This document shows positions 8,083 to 16,615 of a stretch of DNA of 39,443 bases, one piece after another; the stretch's first letter is position 1, and every line of letters starts with the position of its first letter. The DNA lies in the IMG/VR virus record IMGVR_UViG_3300046060_000085, positions 1-39,443 of that record; one strand, given 5' to 3'. The DNA is from a virus (taxonomy: Duplodnaviria; Caudoviricetes). The notes under the pieces are model-generated. The model was not told where the DNA came from. It made no database searches and worked only from the letters and a program-made list of their open reading frames with translations. The position numbers were made by a program, and so were the translations under genes.

Positions 8083-8450
8083 ACTGCCCTCCCGATCACC
8101 TGGAACAGGTGTCGTGCTCGGTCGAAGAGCGTTGGTCCGTGGTGGGCAGTGCGTAGCTGGCGGCGAAACGTCCTGATTGCGGGCCCTGCCGTGATGACGT
8201 CTTGGCCATCGACCAGTGTGACTGCGTCAGCGTCCTTGAGAACGGAGAGGTGTGATTGGTAGAGGGCAGTGTAGACGTTCTTGCGCTGGATGCTGGTGAT
8301 GTGTCCGCGGACGACGCCGACCTCGCGAGCGGCGACGCGTTCGGCGAGGTCACCCAGCGACATCGGAGCGTCGGCGTCGTCGAGCACGCGGATAGCGATG
8401 CGGCGACGTCGGCACCGGAGGACCTTGAAAACGGTATCCGGGTCAGGCAT
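8079..8450 (-). CDS. Haloarchaeal ArsR-like wHTH protein (DUF7344-like)
   Basis: DTVFKVLRCRRRR...LGDLAERVAARE...RKNVYTALYQSHLSVLKDADAV. Confidence 0.82.
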   Translation of the reverse strand: MPDPDTVFKVLRCRRRRIAIRVLDDADAPMSLGDLAERVAAREVGVVRGHITSIQRKNVYTALYQSHLSVLKDADAVTLVDGQDVITAGPAIRTFRRQLRTAHHGPTLFDRARHLFQVIGRAV

Positions 8451-8452
8451 CG

Positions 8453-8716
8453 CTATCGCCTCCCAGTCAGGTCCATGTCCATGCGAGCGGTATGGGTTTT
8501 CTCGCGGGCGTCTTCGAAGCACGACTTGCAGAGCGGGTACTGGTCGGTGTAGGGGTGATCGTCATGGTCGTAGTGGTCACCACAGCGCTGGCATTTGCCG
8601 TCGGGCTTCTGGAGCGAGAGCACGATGGTCTGATAGCCATCGCGCGTGAAGCCCACCTCCTCGACGAGGTCGCGCTCGCGGAGTTCCTGGACGAACTCGC
8701 GGCGATCCTCCATCAC
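8453..8716 (-). CDS. Zn-finger hypothetical protein
   Basis: CQRC...CKSC. Confidence 0.7.
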   Translation of the reverse strand: MMEDRREFVQELRERDLVEEVGFTRDGYQTIVLSLQKPDGKCQRCGDHYDHDDHPYTDQYPLCKSCFEDAREKTHTARMDMDLTGRR

Positions 8717-9213
8717 ACCTGATCACCGTCCTCGAATGCGTCGTGGTCGAAGTCCACGCGGACCACCCGGTTGCCGTCGTGGTAGAGCGTGCCGATTCGG
8801 ACCGGCGGGTCGCCAGCCTGCTCGCGCTCGGCCTCACTCGGGATGACGTCGAACTCGTCGCGGAACTCAGGGTCGAGACAGTCGCGGGCCTGGCCTTCAA
8901 CCCATTCCGTCGTCGAGACCGGTCCCGGCGAGTCGAGCCCATCAACCTCATCGTCGAAGCTGCAGAACACGAAGTCCGCGGCCCCATTATCTGGCGTCAC
9001 GTGCCGATGCGCGTAGACGGCAGTCGCTTCGAGGAGCCGCGGGTCGTGCTCGACGTTGCGGACGGGGATGACGCCCTCGTGTTGCTCGTAGAGGTCGGGG
9101 GCTTCGTCGTGGAGGTGCGCGAACACGCCGTTCGCGAGCTCGTTGAACAACTCCCTGTCGGCGTCGTCGAGGTCCTCAGGGTCGAGGCCATCGAGGCGCA
9201 AGTAGGCCGCCAT
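8713..9213 (-). CDS. Hypothetical protein
   Basis: Acidic 166 aa, coupled. Confidence 0.75.
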   Translation of the reverse strand: MAAYLRLDGLDPEDLDDADRELFNELANGVFAHLHDEAPDLYEQHEGVIPVRNVEHDPRLLEATAVYAHRHVTPDNGAADFVFCSFDDEVDGLDSPGPVSTTEWVEGQARDCLDPEFRDEFDVIPSEAEREQAGDPPVRIGTLYHDGNRVVRVDFDHDAFEDGDQV

Positions 9214-9386
9214 CAGGCATCACGCTCCTTGAGGTCGTCCGGACTCACACAAAGGTGAATACCGAACGGGGAGCCAGCGCTATCGTAGTCGTCGAGGACC
9301 ACGTCGATACCGCCATCGTCGAACACTTCGACGACGGTCACGTCGGTCACCAGTGTCACTTCGTCGTGACGTTCGAACTCAGCCAT
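9213..9386 (-). CDS. Small protein (57 aa), not in ORF track
   Basis: MAEFERHDEVTLVTDVTVVEVFDDGGIDVVLDDY...KERDA; TGATG overlaps at both ends. Confidence 0.72.
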   Translation of the reverse strand: MAEFERHDEVTLVTDVTVVEVFDDGGIDVVLDDYDSAGSPFGIHLCVSPDDLKERDA

Positions 9387-9649
9387 CAGTCATCACCCTC
9401 GTTCTCGGGTTGGATGGCTCGCAAGCGGTCTGACCACCCGCGGTCTTCCAGACGAGTCAGCGAGGCTTCGAAATCTGTAGCGGCTTCGGTCGCGTTCTCA
9501 CCACGCCCTTCGATGAGGAGTTCGTCCTGGTCTCGCGTGCCGGTGCCGCGTTTCAGCTTGGCACGAATCTTCGTGCCGTGGTCGAGCGGCCGCTTCTCAC
9601 CGCGCTCGTACCCGCTGGGGTCGGCGTCCGTCTCGTCGTGTTCGGCCAT
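9386..9649 (-). CDS. Conserved halovirus-type small protein
   Basis: IRAKLKRGTGTRDQD motif. Confidence 0.75.
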   Translation of the reverse strand: MAEHDETDADPSGYERGEKRPLDHGTKIRAKLKRGTGTRDQDELLIEGRGENATEAATDFEASLTRLEDRGWSDRLRAIQPENEGDD

Positions 9650-10233
9650 CAGGCATCACCGTCCTCGTCTTCGACGAGTTTGACACTCGCGTTGTGGCCA
9701 ACCTTCCGCAAGTCACGCTGTGGGCCCTTCTCTACAGCGCCGGTCGTGGCCCAGACGTGGTAGACGTCGCCAGCGTCGGTCCGAATGCCGAGTTTGTAGA
9801 CGCTGCCGGAACGTGTGGGGAGCCAGTTCACGACTTCGCCCGTCCGCTCTTGGGGGTCGTGCTGGCTGTTCTGGGGGTCGTAGGTGACCGACACGCGCGT
9901 GCCGAGCGGGAGATCCGCGTGCTCGGCAGTGGTGCCCGCCGCGATGGTGATCGTGGCGGCGGGGACGGTGGCGGTCGCGCCATTGTCGCCGCGGAGCACG
10001 ATGCAGTCGCCGGCTGTCGTGACGTCGTGCGGACTGGTGACACGGGCGGTCCGACCCGCGTCGTCGTGGAGGACGACCGCGGTTGCGCCCGCGTCGAACT
10101 GGCGTGCGACGGCGTCGATGACGGTCTCGGCGTCGATTATGGCCGAGATATCTCGTGGGGCAGGGAGTTCGCGGTAGATTGCCCCGGTCGGTGCTTCGGT
10201 AGCGTTTTCTGCGTTCACGTTCTTGGTTGACAT
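9649..10233 (-). CDS. Hypothetical protein, first gene of leftward operon 2
   Basis: ATG at 10233 preceded by GGTGA; beta-rich C-terminal domain. Confidence 0.7.
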   Translation of the reverse strand: MSTKNVNAENATEAPTGAIYRELPAPRDISAIIDAETVIDAVARQFDAGATAVVLHDDAGRTARVTSPHDVTTAGDCIVLRGDNGATATVPAATITIAAGTTAEHADLPLGTRVSVTYDPQNSQHDPQERTGEVVNWLPTRSGSVYKLGIRTDAGDVYHVWATTGAVEKGPQRDLRKVGHNASVKLVEDEDGDA

Positions 10234-10308
10234 GCTTCGTCTCACCGTGGCGAAGCGCGAGGTCGGGCGCTCCATCGCCCGGCCGAGATTTTCCCGGCGT
10301 CGCGCTTC
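10232..10308. ncRNA. Structured 5' leader of operon 2 with a putative cis-antisense sRNA (+, ~10232-10292)
   Basis: Inverted repeats 10234-41/10249-56, 10252-60/10300-08, 10261-69/10276-84, 10282-88/10292-98. Confidence 0.55.
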
Positions 10309-10332
10309 TTACCCGATAGTATGTGGTGCTTG

Positions 10333-10435
10333 CCCTTATAGTTTGTGTTACAAACTCTTATACATAGCTCTCATCTACAGCTTGTGTCACAAACACTAAG
10401 TCGCGGGCGCACGTCGGTGGATTTGTAATGCAAGC
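10333..10435. promoter_or_regulatory. Divergent promoter with three TTGT-N3-(A/G)CAA operators
   Basis: Operators at 10343-53, 10382-92 and 10423-33; minus-strand TATA CTATAAG at 10335-41. Confidence 0.7.
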
Positions 10436-10451
10436 CAGAGACACAAGCGGT

Positions 10452-10697
10452 ATGGCACTCGACGAAGACGATCTCCGGGAGATCGACAGGGTCATCCTCG
10501 GCTATCTCCAAGAGGGCCGGGTGACGCCCGCCTACTGTCGCGACCGCATCCTCGACGAAGGCGTTCGCTCCGAGATCACCTCGACCTACTGCAGCCAACG
10601 CCTCGGACGCCTCGAAGAACACGACCACGTCCGGAATCTCTACAACACCGGACTCTACGAACTGGTCAGCGATCCCTGCGACGGGACTGGACGCTGA
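10452..10697 (+). CDS. phiH1-repressor-like wHTH protein
   Basis: DRVILGYLQEGRVTP...TYCSQRLGRLEEHDHVRNLYNTGLYELVSDP. Confidence 0.8.
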   Translation: MALDEDDLREIDRVILGYLQEGRVTPAYCRDRILDEGVRSEITSTYCSQRLGRLEEHDHVRNLYNTGLYELVSDPCDGTGR

Positions 10698-10776
10698 GAC
10701 CGATGAGTAAGACCCAGACCGATACTCCGCTTGGCACGAGAGACGAGAAGCGCCGACTCCAGGAGACCGAGAACGC

Positions 10777-12571
10777 ATGAGCCTCGAAACCAAAGACCCC
10801 GACACAAACAGCGAGATGACCGACGAACAGACTATCACCGTCGGCGACACCACCGACGGCCAGTCCTACCAGCTCCCCGTCGAGGACGTCCTCACCGGCC
10901 GCGCGTTCGCCACCGGCAAGAGCGGCGCAGGCAAATCCAACACCGGCTCAGTTATCGCAGAAGAACTCCTCACACGCGGCCACCCTCTGCTCATTGTGGA
11001 TACCGACGGCGAGTACTGGGGGCTGAAGGAGGAATACGAAATCCTCCACGTCGGCGCGACCGACGAGTGCGACCTCCAGGTCGGGCCCGAACACGCGGGG
11101 AAGCTCGCCGAGCTCGCGCTCGACCAGCACATCCCGATCATCCTCGACGTCTCCGGCTACGTCGATAGCGACACGAGCGACGCACTCGTCCGGGAGACCG
11201 CCCCAGGAGTTGTTCGCGCGCGAACAGCAGGCGATGCAGCCGTTTTTGATGCTCGTCGAGGAGATCCACGAGTACATCCCGGAGGGCGGCGGTCTTGACG
11301 AGACAGGCGAGATGCTCATCCGGGTCGCGAAGCGCGGCCGGAAGCGCGGCCTCGGCATCATGGGGCTCAGCCAGCGCCCTGCGGACGTTAAGAAGGACTT
11401 CATCACGCAGGCTGATTTCCTCGTCTGGCATCGCCTCACGTGGGACAACGACACCGACGTCGTCAAGCGCGTCGTTGGCAGCGAGTTCGGTGACGAGGTG
11501 CAGGACCTCGCGGACGGCGAAGCGTTCGTGCAGGCCGACTGGAGCGAGGTGGACGTCGAGCGTGTGCAGTTCCGACGAAAGCACACGTTCGACGCGGGCG
11601 CGACGCCTGGCCTCGACGATGTGGCCCGGCCGGAGTTGAAGAGCATCGGCGAGGATCTCGTCGAGGACTTGGACGAGATCTCGGCACGCGAGGAGCGCCG
11701 CCTCGACCGCGTCAGCGAACTCGAAGCCCAGCTGGCGGAGAAAGACGCACGGATTGACGACCTCGAACAGGAACTTGAGAATAAGGAGGATATCGCGGAC
11801 GCCGCCCAGCAGATGGCGGCAGCGCTCCAGCAGGGCACGGACGGGGAGCGCGCGGACGAGGTCCCAGGGGACTGGGAGGAGACACTGGAGGCGAAGAACG
11901 AGCGGATCCACGACCTCCAGGAGGACCTCGCGGCCGTTCGCGAGGAGCGCGACGAGTTGCGGGAGCGCGCCGAGGCGGCCGAATCGGAAGCAGAGCGGCT
12001 GGGGTCCTACCAAGAGCGCGTCGAGCAGGCCGAGGAGATCGAGGAGCAACTAGCGAAGGCCCGTGAGGTCCTCGGCGTGGAGGGTAAGGCCGAGGCTGGC
12101 CAGCCTGGTGCCGCCGACGGAGACAACAGTGAGCTTCGCGCCGAGCTCAACCAGCGCGAGGAGACGATCGCCGAACTGGAGGCGGAGATCGACCGTCTCC
12201 AAGAGCAGGGTTACTCGCTCGACGAGGAGTTCGAATCGAAGATGGACTTCATCCAGCACGAGGCCGTCCGCGAGGAGATTGAGCGCGCGGCCTCGAAGTC
12301 GAAGTGCAAGGCCGACCACACGTGGGACGTTCTCTCGGTGCTGATCGACCAGGAGTCGCCGACTACCGACGAGATTGCGACCTACTGTGACGTCACGAAG
12401 ACGTCAGTCCAGAACATCCTCTCGAAGCTCGCCGAGCAGAACGTCGTCGCGAAGAACACGAAGCGGGGGAAGGCGCGCTACGAGCTGAACGTCGACGGGA
12501 TGCGGAACATCATCCAGCAGCAGCGGAAGCGGAGCGAGATCTCGAACCTCAAAGAGCAGGTGAAGAGCTGA
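10777..12571 (+). pseudogene. HerA/DUF87-like ATPase + coiled coil + wHTH, split by a +1 frameshift at ~11201-11204
   Basis: Walker A GKSGAGKS in the first frame; Walker B MLVEEIHEY and SQRPA in the second; deleting one C from GCCCCAG gives ETAQELFAREQ. Confidence 0.8.
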
Positions 12572-12581
12572 TGGTCGCCGT

Positions 12582-12605
12582 GGGGGACGTTTTTTTATCT
12601 CCCCC
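12582..12605 (+). terminator. Putative terminator
   Basis: GGGGGA...TCCCCC stem enclosing a T7 run, just after the stop. Confidence 0.55.
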
Positions 12606-12620
12606 TGAGAGAGCGCGACT

Positions 12621-12947
12621 ATGAGCCAAGCTTTCCCAGCAGACGTCGCCCCGACAGTACTCGGCCTCACAGAAGGCGACGAGCTCCTCCTCGAGCTTTC
12701 CAGTAACGACTCTTTAATCGGGGAGGTCATCGCCACCGAGGGAACACCACCGGGCGAGTATCTCGACTCTCCAGGGTTGTACCAGTTCCATTTCGTGGCG
12801 TCGGGCGTCACCTTCGAGTTGACGATGCGGTATCGCGAGAATGCCAACGGCCACCCGAATGCGGAGTCGGTCTCCATCGCCCTTGTTGAGGGCCATGAGT
12901 GGTCGATTCCGATCCAAGTCGACATCGACCGCTTGGCAAATTGGTAA
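12621..12947 (+). CDS. Hypothetical protein (moron-like)
   Basis: Acidic, lower GC. Confidence 0.65.
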   Translation: MSQAFPADVAPTVLGLTEGDELLLELSSNDSLIGEVIATEGTPPGEYLDSPGLYQFHFVASGVTFELTMRYRENANGHPNAESVSIALVEGHEWSIPIQVDIDRLANW

Positions 12948-12997
12948 TCGGGAAGCAGGTGCGTAATATTAAGTAGTGTTCTGCTAATGCTGTAGTC

Positions 12998-13846
12998 ATG
13001 TCCATTTCAGAGCGCATTCCAGGAATGAAACCCGGCCATCGGCTACGGAACATCGGCATTGGCTTCCTCTACTTTTTCGTCATCGCAGGCGTCCTCGGCG
13101 CCGTCACGCCCGACCCCGAAGGCGGATCGGAGACTGCACCCGAAACCACGACCGCGGCCGACGCGGTGACCACCACCGCGGACATGGCGACCGATGGCGG
13201 CACCACGACCGCCGCGACGACCGCCGTCGCAACCACAGCGGAGACGACCACGACCGAAGCGCCGACTACGACGACCACGACGGTTGCGCCAGCGGAGGAC
13301 GGTGCATCCTACGAGTTCTCCGGATCAGGCAACGATGTCACCGATAGCTTCAGCACGGAGGGCGGGTTCGTCGTGCTCGACTTCCAGCATGACGGGAGTT
13401 CGAACTTCCAAGTGAAAGCCGTCTCCAGCAACGGCGATGAGGAGTACCTCGTGAACCACATCGGGAACTACGACGGCGAGGTGGCGGTCTATCTCCCGAG
13501 CGAGGACTACCGGCTCGACATCACGGCGGACGGCTCGTGGAGCGCGGACGTGACTCAGCCGCGATTCAACCAGCAGGATGTCGAGGACCTCCCGGCGAGC
13601 GCTGACGGTAAGCACGCCTACTGGCTGGGGCCGTTCGAGTTCGAGGGCGGTGAGGAAGTGACGTTCGAGATCAAGGGCGACTCGCAGGCAGCCGTCTGGC
13701 TCGCTACCACGCAGGGCGAGAAGGTAGATCTCCTTCACAATGAAATCGGGCCGTACGAGGGATCGGCGCTTGTCACCGATAGTGGGTTCGGACTGATCAT
13801 CATCGAAACGGATTCGGCCGACTGGCGGATCGAAATCAAGCGGTAA
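12998..13846 (+). CDS. Membrane-anchored surface protein (moron)
   Basis: Basic N-terminus, TM helix IGIGFLYFFVIAGVLGAV, Thr-rich linker, two similar beta domains; AT-rich promoter at 12965-12975. Confidence 0.85.
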   Translation: MSISERIPGMKPGHRLRNIGIGFLYFFVIAGVLGAVTPDPEGGSETAPETTTAADAVTTTADMATDGGTTTAATTAVATTAETTTTEAPTTTTTTVAPAEDGASYEFSGSGNDVTDSFSTEGGFVVLDFQHDGSSNFQVKAVSSNGDEEYLVNHIGNYDGEVAVYLPSEDYRLDITADGSWSADVTQPRFNQQDVEDLPASADGKHAYWLGPFEFEGGEEVTFEIKGDSQAAVWLATTQGEKVDLLHNEIGPYEGSALVTDSGFGLIIIETDSADWRIEIKR

Positions 13847-13876
13847 AAAGTCGCATTCCGAATAAACTGCCTACTA

Positions 13877-14143
13877 CTATCGGGTTCCCTGGGGCTGCTG
13901 TTGCGCAGCTTGCTGGGCGCGAAGCTGTTGACGGTTGTCGAAGAGCTCGGTAACGAGCTGGTTCACCCGTCGTTCGAGCGTGTTCTCGATGACGTTCTCG
14001 CCGAACTCCTCAACTAAGACCTCATAGGCGGTTGTTCGGGATGCGTCGAGTTTGAGCTCGACATCGGTGGTCTCAAACCCCAGCTCCGTCTCCCTCTCGG
14101 TCGCTGCTTCGGCGTCGTCAGTCTGTTCGCTGTCGTCGGTCAT
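13877..14143 (-). CDS. Hypothetical protein at end of tail operon
   Basis: Acidic, coupled. Confidence 0.7.
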   Translation of the reverse strand: MTDDSEQTDDAEAATERETELGFETTDVELKLDASRTTAYEVLVEEFGENVIENTLERRVNQLVTELFDNRQQLRAQQAAQQQPQGTR

Positions 14144-14448
14144 TGTTCGTTCTCGATGGTGATGGCGTTCGTGTAGGCTGTCTGGTCGTCCTCGAAGGCC
14201 GCCGACAGATTGGCGAGTTCGGCCGCAAGTTCGTCTTTCCCCTGTGGAAAGTTGTCTTCCGCCTCGTCGTGTTCAACCGTCAGCACGACGCGGTTGTCGG
14301 CCTCACTGTCGCTCGGCTGATAAACGATGTTCGACCAATCGACGCGATATTCGGCTGTCGCGTCCAGGTCGTAGAGTTCGCCGACCAGGGTCGCTAATTC
14401 ACTTCGGGACAATCCTTCGACAGTTCCGGTGTACTTAAGTACGAGCAT
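14140..14448 (-). CDS. Hypothetical protein, possible fibre-associated chaperone
   Basis: ATG at 14448 (MLVLKY); follows the fibre gene. Confidence 0.7.
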   Translation of the reverse strand: MLVLKYTGTVEGLSRSELATLVGELYDLDATAEYRVDWSNIVYQPSDSEADNRVVLTVEHDEAEDNFPQGKDELAAELANLSAAFEDDQTAYTNAITIENEQ

Positions 14449-14456
14449 AGGTCTGG

Positions 14457-14527
14457 GTTCTGTTTCGAGGCCGCACCACCGGCCCAACGCATCAAGGCCC
14501 CTTCACGCGTGGCTGGGGCGACAGAAC
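14457..14527 (-). ncRNA. Type III hammerhead-ribozyme-like RNA with variant core
   Basis: GUUCUGU-C / GCCCC..GGGGC / CUUGAUGCGUUG / GGCCG..CGGCC / UCGAA-ACAGAAC; loop I and loop II are complementary. Confidence 0.55.
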
Positions 14528-14579
14528 ACCGTCGTCGGCTCGTGACTCGCGGCGTCGGGCCGCGAACATCGACCGGAGT

Positions 14580-15920
14580 TCATGTCAGTGTGGTCACGTT
14601 GCCGTTGTCGTCACGAGCCTTTATTTCGCCGTTCTCTTTGAAGATAGCTGGCGAGGTCCCGCCGCCGTCACCATACCAGATTAGCTGGCCGTTGTCAGCG
14701 AACTCGACCGTCTCACCGTGGGCTTCGATATTTGCGTCCGCGTTCAAGACAATCTTCCCGTCGTAGTTTGGTGAGATCTCCCCGCGAATCGTGACGTTCT
14801 GTCCTGAGAGGGTCGCCGGGCCACCGACCGAGAACTCGCCACTCACGCCGCCACCGCCGAGCGAAACGCCCTCTGGGTCGATGGTCGCGCCGGGCGTTCC
14901 GGGGGCCGTACTTGAGATTCGGATACCCGTACTGCCCGTTTGAATGTCGAGTGGGTAGGTCCCTGCACCGTCGAGAACGAGTCCCGAGTTCAATACTTCG
15001 ATGGGACCACCTTCGTTCCAGCGCTGGAGTGGCACCGAATTTGCAGCGTCTCTCACTTGCACGGCGTCGTCGCCCTTCCCCGAACTAACCAACGTGAGGT
15101 AATTATCAGTCTGAATCTTTCTCACGTTCTGGATATTATTGCTATTCATATCCAGATTGACTCCGCGAACGTCGAGCGGCCCATTCTCGTTCGCGCGAAG
15201 AACGTCTCGGTCGTTCGCCCCATCACGCAACCCGACGTACGAACCCCCACTGCCGTCCGAAATCAGCCGCATCGAGCCGTTGCCAGCGAAAATCTCACTG
15301 ACGCCATAAAGCCTGTTCTCGTTGAGGTAGAGATGGTCATCGCGGATCTCGACACCACTACCGCTCGACCCAGATTCGACGACGAAGCGCGAGTTCGCCG
15401 ATTCAAACGACACCTCAAACTCGTCATCATCGCCCAAGTAAAGCGGCTGGTCGTTGCCGAGGCGCTCGACCCGCCCAACGGTCCGCTGGTCGCGTGCGGC
15501 GGTGACGCCACTCCCGTCAGTATCGAACTCCCAGAGCGGGAGCCGCCGGTCGTCGGCCGCGAAGTCTCCGGCGAGCCCGACAATCACGCCGTCCGACTCA
15601 GTCTTATTCCAGCCGACGAACACCGTCTGGCCGTTCGTCGAGGCCGCAAGATCGATATTCGTCGACGTGTCCCGTGCGACCCACGCACCATGGACGAACG
15701 CTTCTCCTGGGTCAATCGCCACTGAGAGACTGTCGGCGGCCGACGACTCGGCGAACGCGTTCAGTAACGATTCGTCCAGGTCAGGATCCTCGTCGGCGAG
15801 CGCAACTTCGCCGCTCGGGACGACGTATCCAGGGGTGAGGCCGCCGCCTTCAGCGATGGCGACCGCCGTCTCGTAGGCATTTCCGGAGTGTCGGATGCTC
15901 GGGTTTGCTTTGTCAGTCAT
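14580..15920 (-). CDS. Tail fibre / receptor-binding protein
   Basis: Distal tail position; Gly/Asn/Ser-rich beta repeats; lower-GC C-terminal part. Confidence 0.78.
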   Translation of the reverse strand: MTDKANPSIRHSGNAYETAVAIAEGGGLTPGYVVPSGEVALADEDPDLDESLLNAFAESSAADSLSVAIDPGEAFVHGAWVARDTSTNIDLAASTNGQTVFVGWNKTESDGVIVGLAGDFAADDRRLPLWEFDTDGSGVTAARDQRTVGRVERLGNDQPLYLGDDDEFEVSFESANSRFVVESGSSGSGVEIRDDHLYLNENRLYGVSEIFAGNGSMRLISDGSGGSYVGLRDGANDRDVLRANENGPLDVRGVNLDMNSNNIQNVRKIQTDNYLTLVSSGKGDDAVQVRDAANSVPLQRWNEGGPIEVLNSGLVLDGAGTYPLDIQTGSTGIRISSTAPGTPGATIDPEGVSLGGGGVSGEFSVGGPATLSGQNVTIRGEISPNYDGKIVLNADANIEAHGETVEFADNGQLIWYGDGGGTSPAIFKENGEIKARDDNGNVTTLT

Positions 15921-15934
15921 CTCTTAGTCTCCTC

Positions 15935-16570
15935 TCAGGTCGCCCGGAACTGGAGCTCCACGTCGATTGTCGCGGTCTTCGTCGAGTCCTTCTCGATGCT
16001 CGTGATCAACGCGTGGTTTACCATGAGATTGTCAGCGGTTCCGTCGTCGGTGAACAGTCCGACCTCGTTAAGCGTGTATCCGTTCGCTTCCGAGCTGTCG
16101 AGGAACGTCGACGTCGTGAAGTCGTTCCCGTTGTCGATGATGTCCGTGATCTCCGTCCGGTGCACTTCGTTCGTGAGCGTCGTGTCCGAGGTCGTCGGTG
16201 CAGTATCGTCGTTCCCGACTGCGAGATGTGTGACGTTGAGGTCGACCGCCTGAGTCGGGTCGAGGTTGCCGACGATGTACTCGTGGAGCCCGTCAACCGT
16301 CGTGTTCGTCGTCTCCTCAACATCCGCTTCGGGCGGCCTGGTTGCGAGAAGCTCCGCCGCCCGCGAGCGAGCGAGGCCGCGTTCGGCCTCGTAGTTCAGC
16401 GCCTCAAGGCCGAACTCGCCTGGGTCGCGAGTGAGCAACCACCGTTCGTACTCCGAGAGTTCGGAGTAGTCCTCGTCGTCGAGTGCGTCGTGTAGTTCGT
16501 CGGTGTCGAACACCGAGACCGTTACCTTGCCCCGAATGGGGCTCCCAGCAGCTGTGGTTCTCGTTGTCAT
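15935..16570 (-). CDS. Tail tip / collar-fibre-like structural protein
   Basis: VTHLAVGNDDTAPTTSDTTLTNEV...LNEVGLF. Confidence 0.72.
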   Translation of the reverse strand: MTTRTTAAGSPIRGKVTVSVFDTDELHDALDDEDYSELSEYERWLLTRDPGEFGLEALNYEAERGLARSRAAELLATRPPEADVEETTNTTVDGLHEYIVGNLDPTQAVDLNVTHLAVGNDDTAPTTSDTTLTNEVHRTEITDIIDNGNDFTTSTFLDSSEANGYTLNEVGLFTDDGTADNLMVNHALITSIEKDSTKTATIDVELQFRAT

Positions 16571-16615
16571 TGGTTCTCGTTCAGAAATCCGCGTTCGGCC
16601 GAGCAGATCAGCGCG

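Noticed and set aside
13140-13285. ACC/ACG repeat tract as an array or DGR
   Set aside because: It encodes the Thr-rich linker; there is no repeat-spacer structure and no reverse transcriptase
14547-14565. Perfect 7-bp hairpin after the fibre stop codon as a terminator
   Set aside because: No adjacent U-tract; it may only stabilise or insulate RNA next to the hammerhead-like element
16571-16615. CUGAU...CGAA in a short intergenic gap as a third hammerhead
   Set aside because: The core reads CUGAUCU and no three-stem junction can be built; the TGGTTCTCGTT direct repeat nearby is too short to interpret
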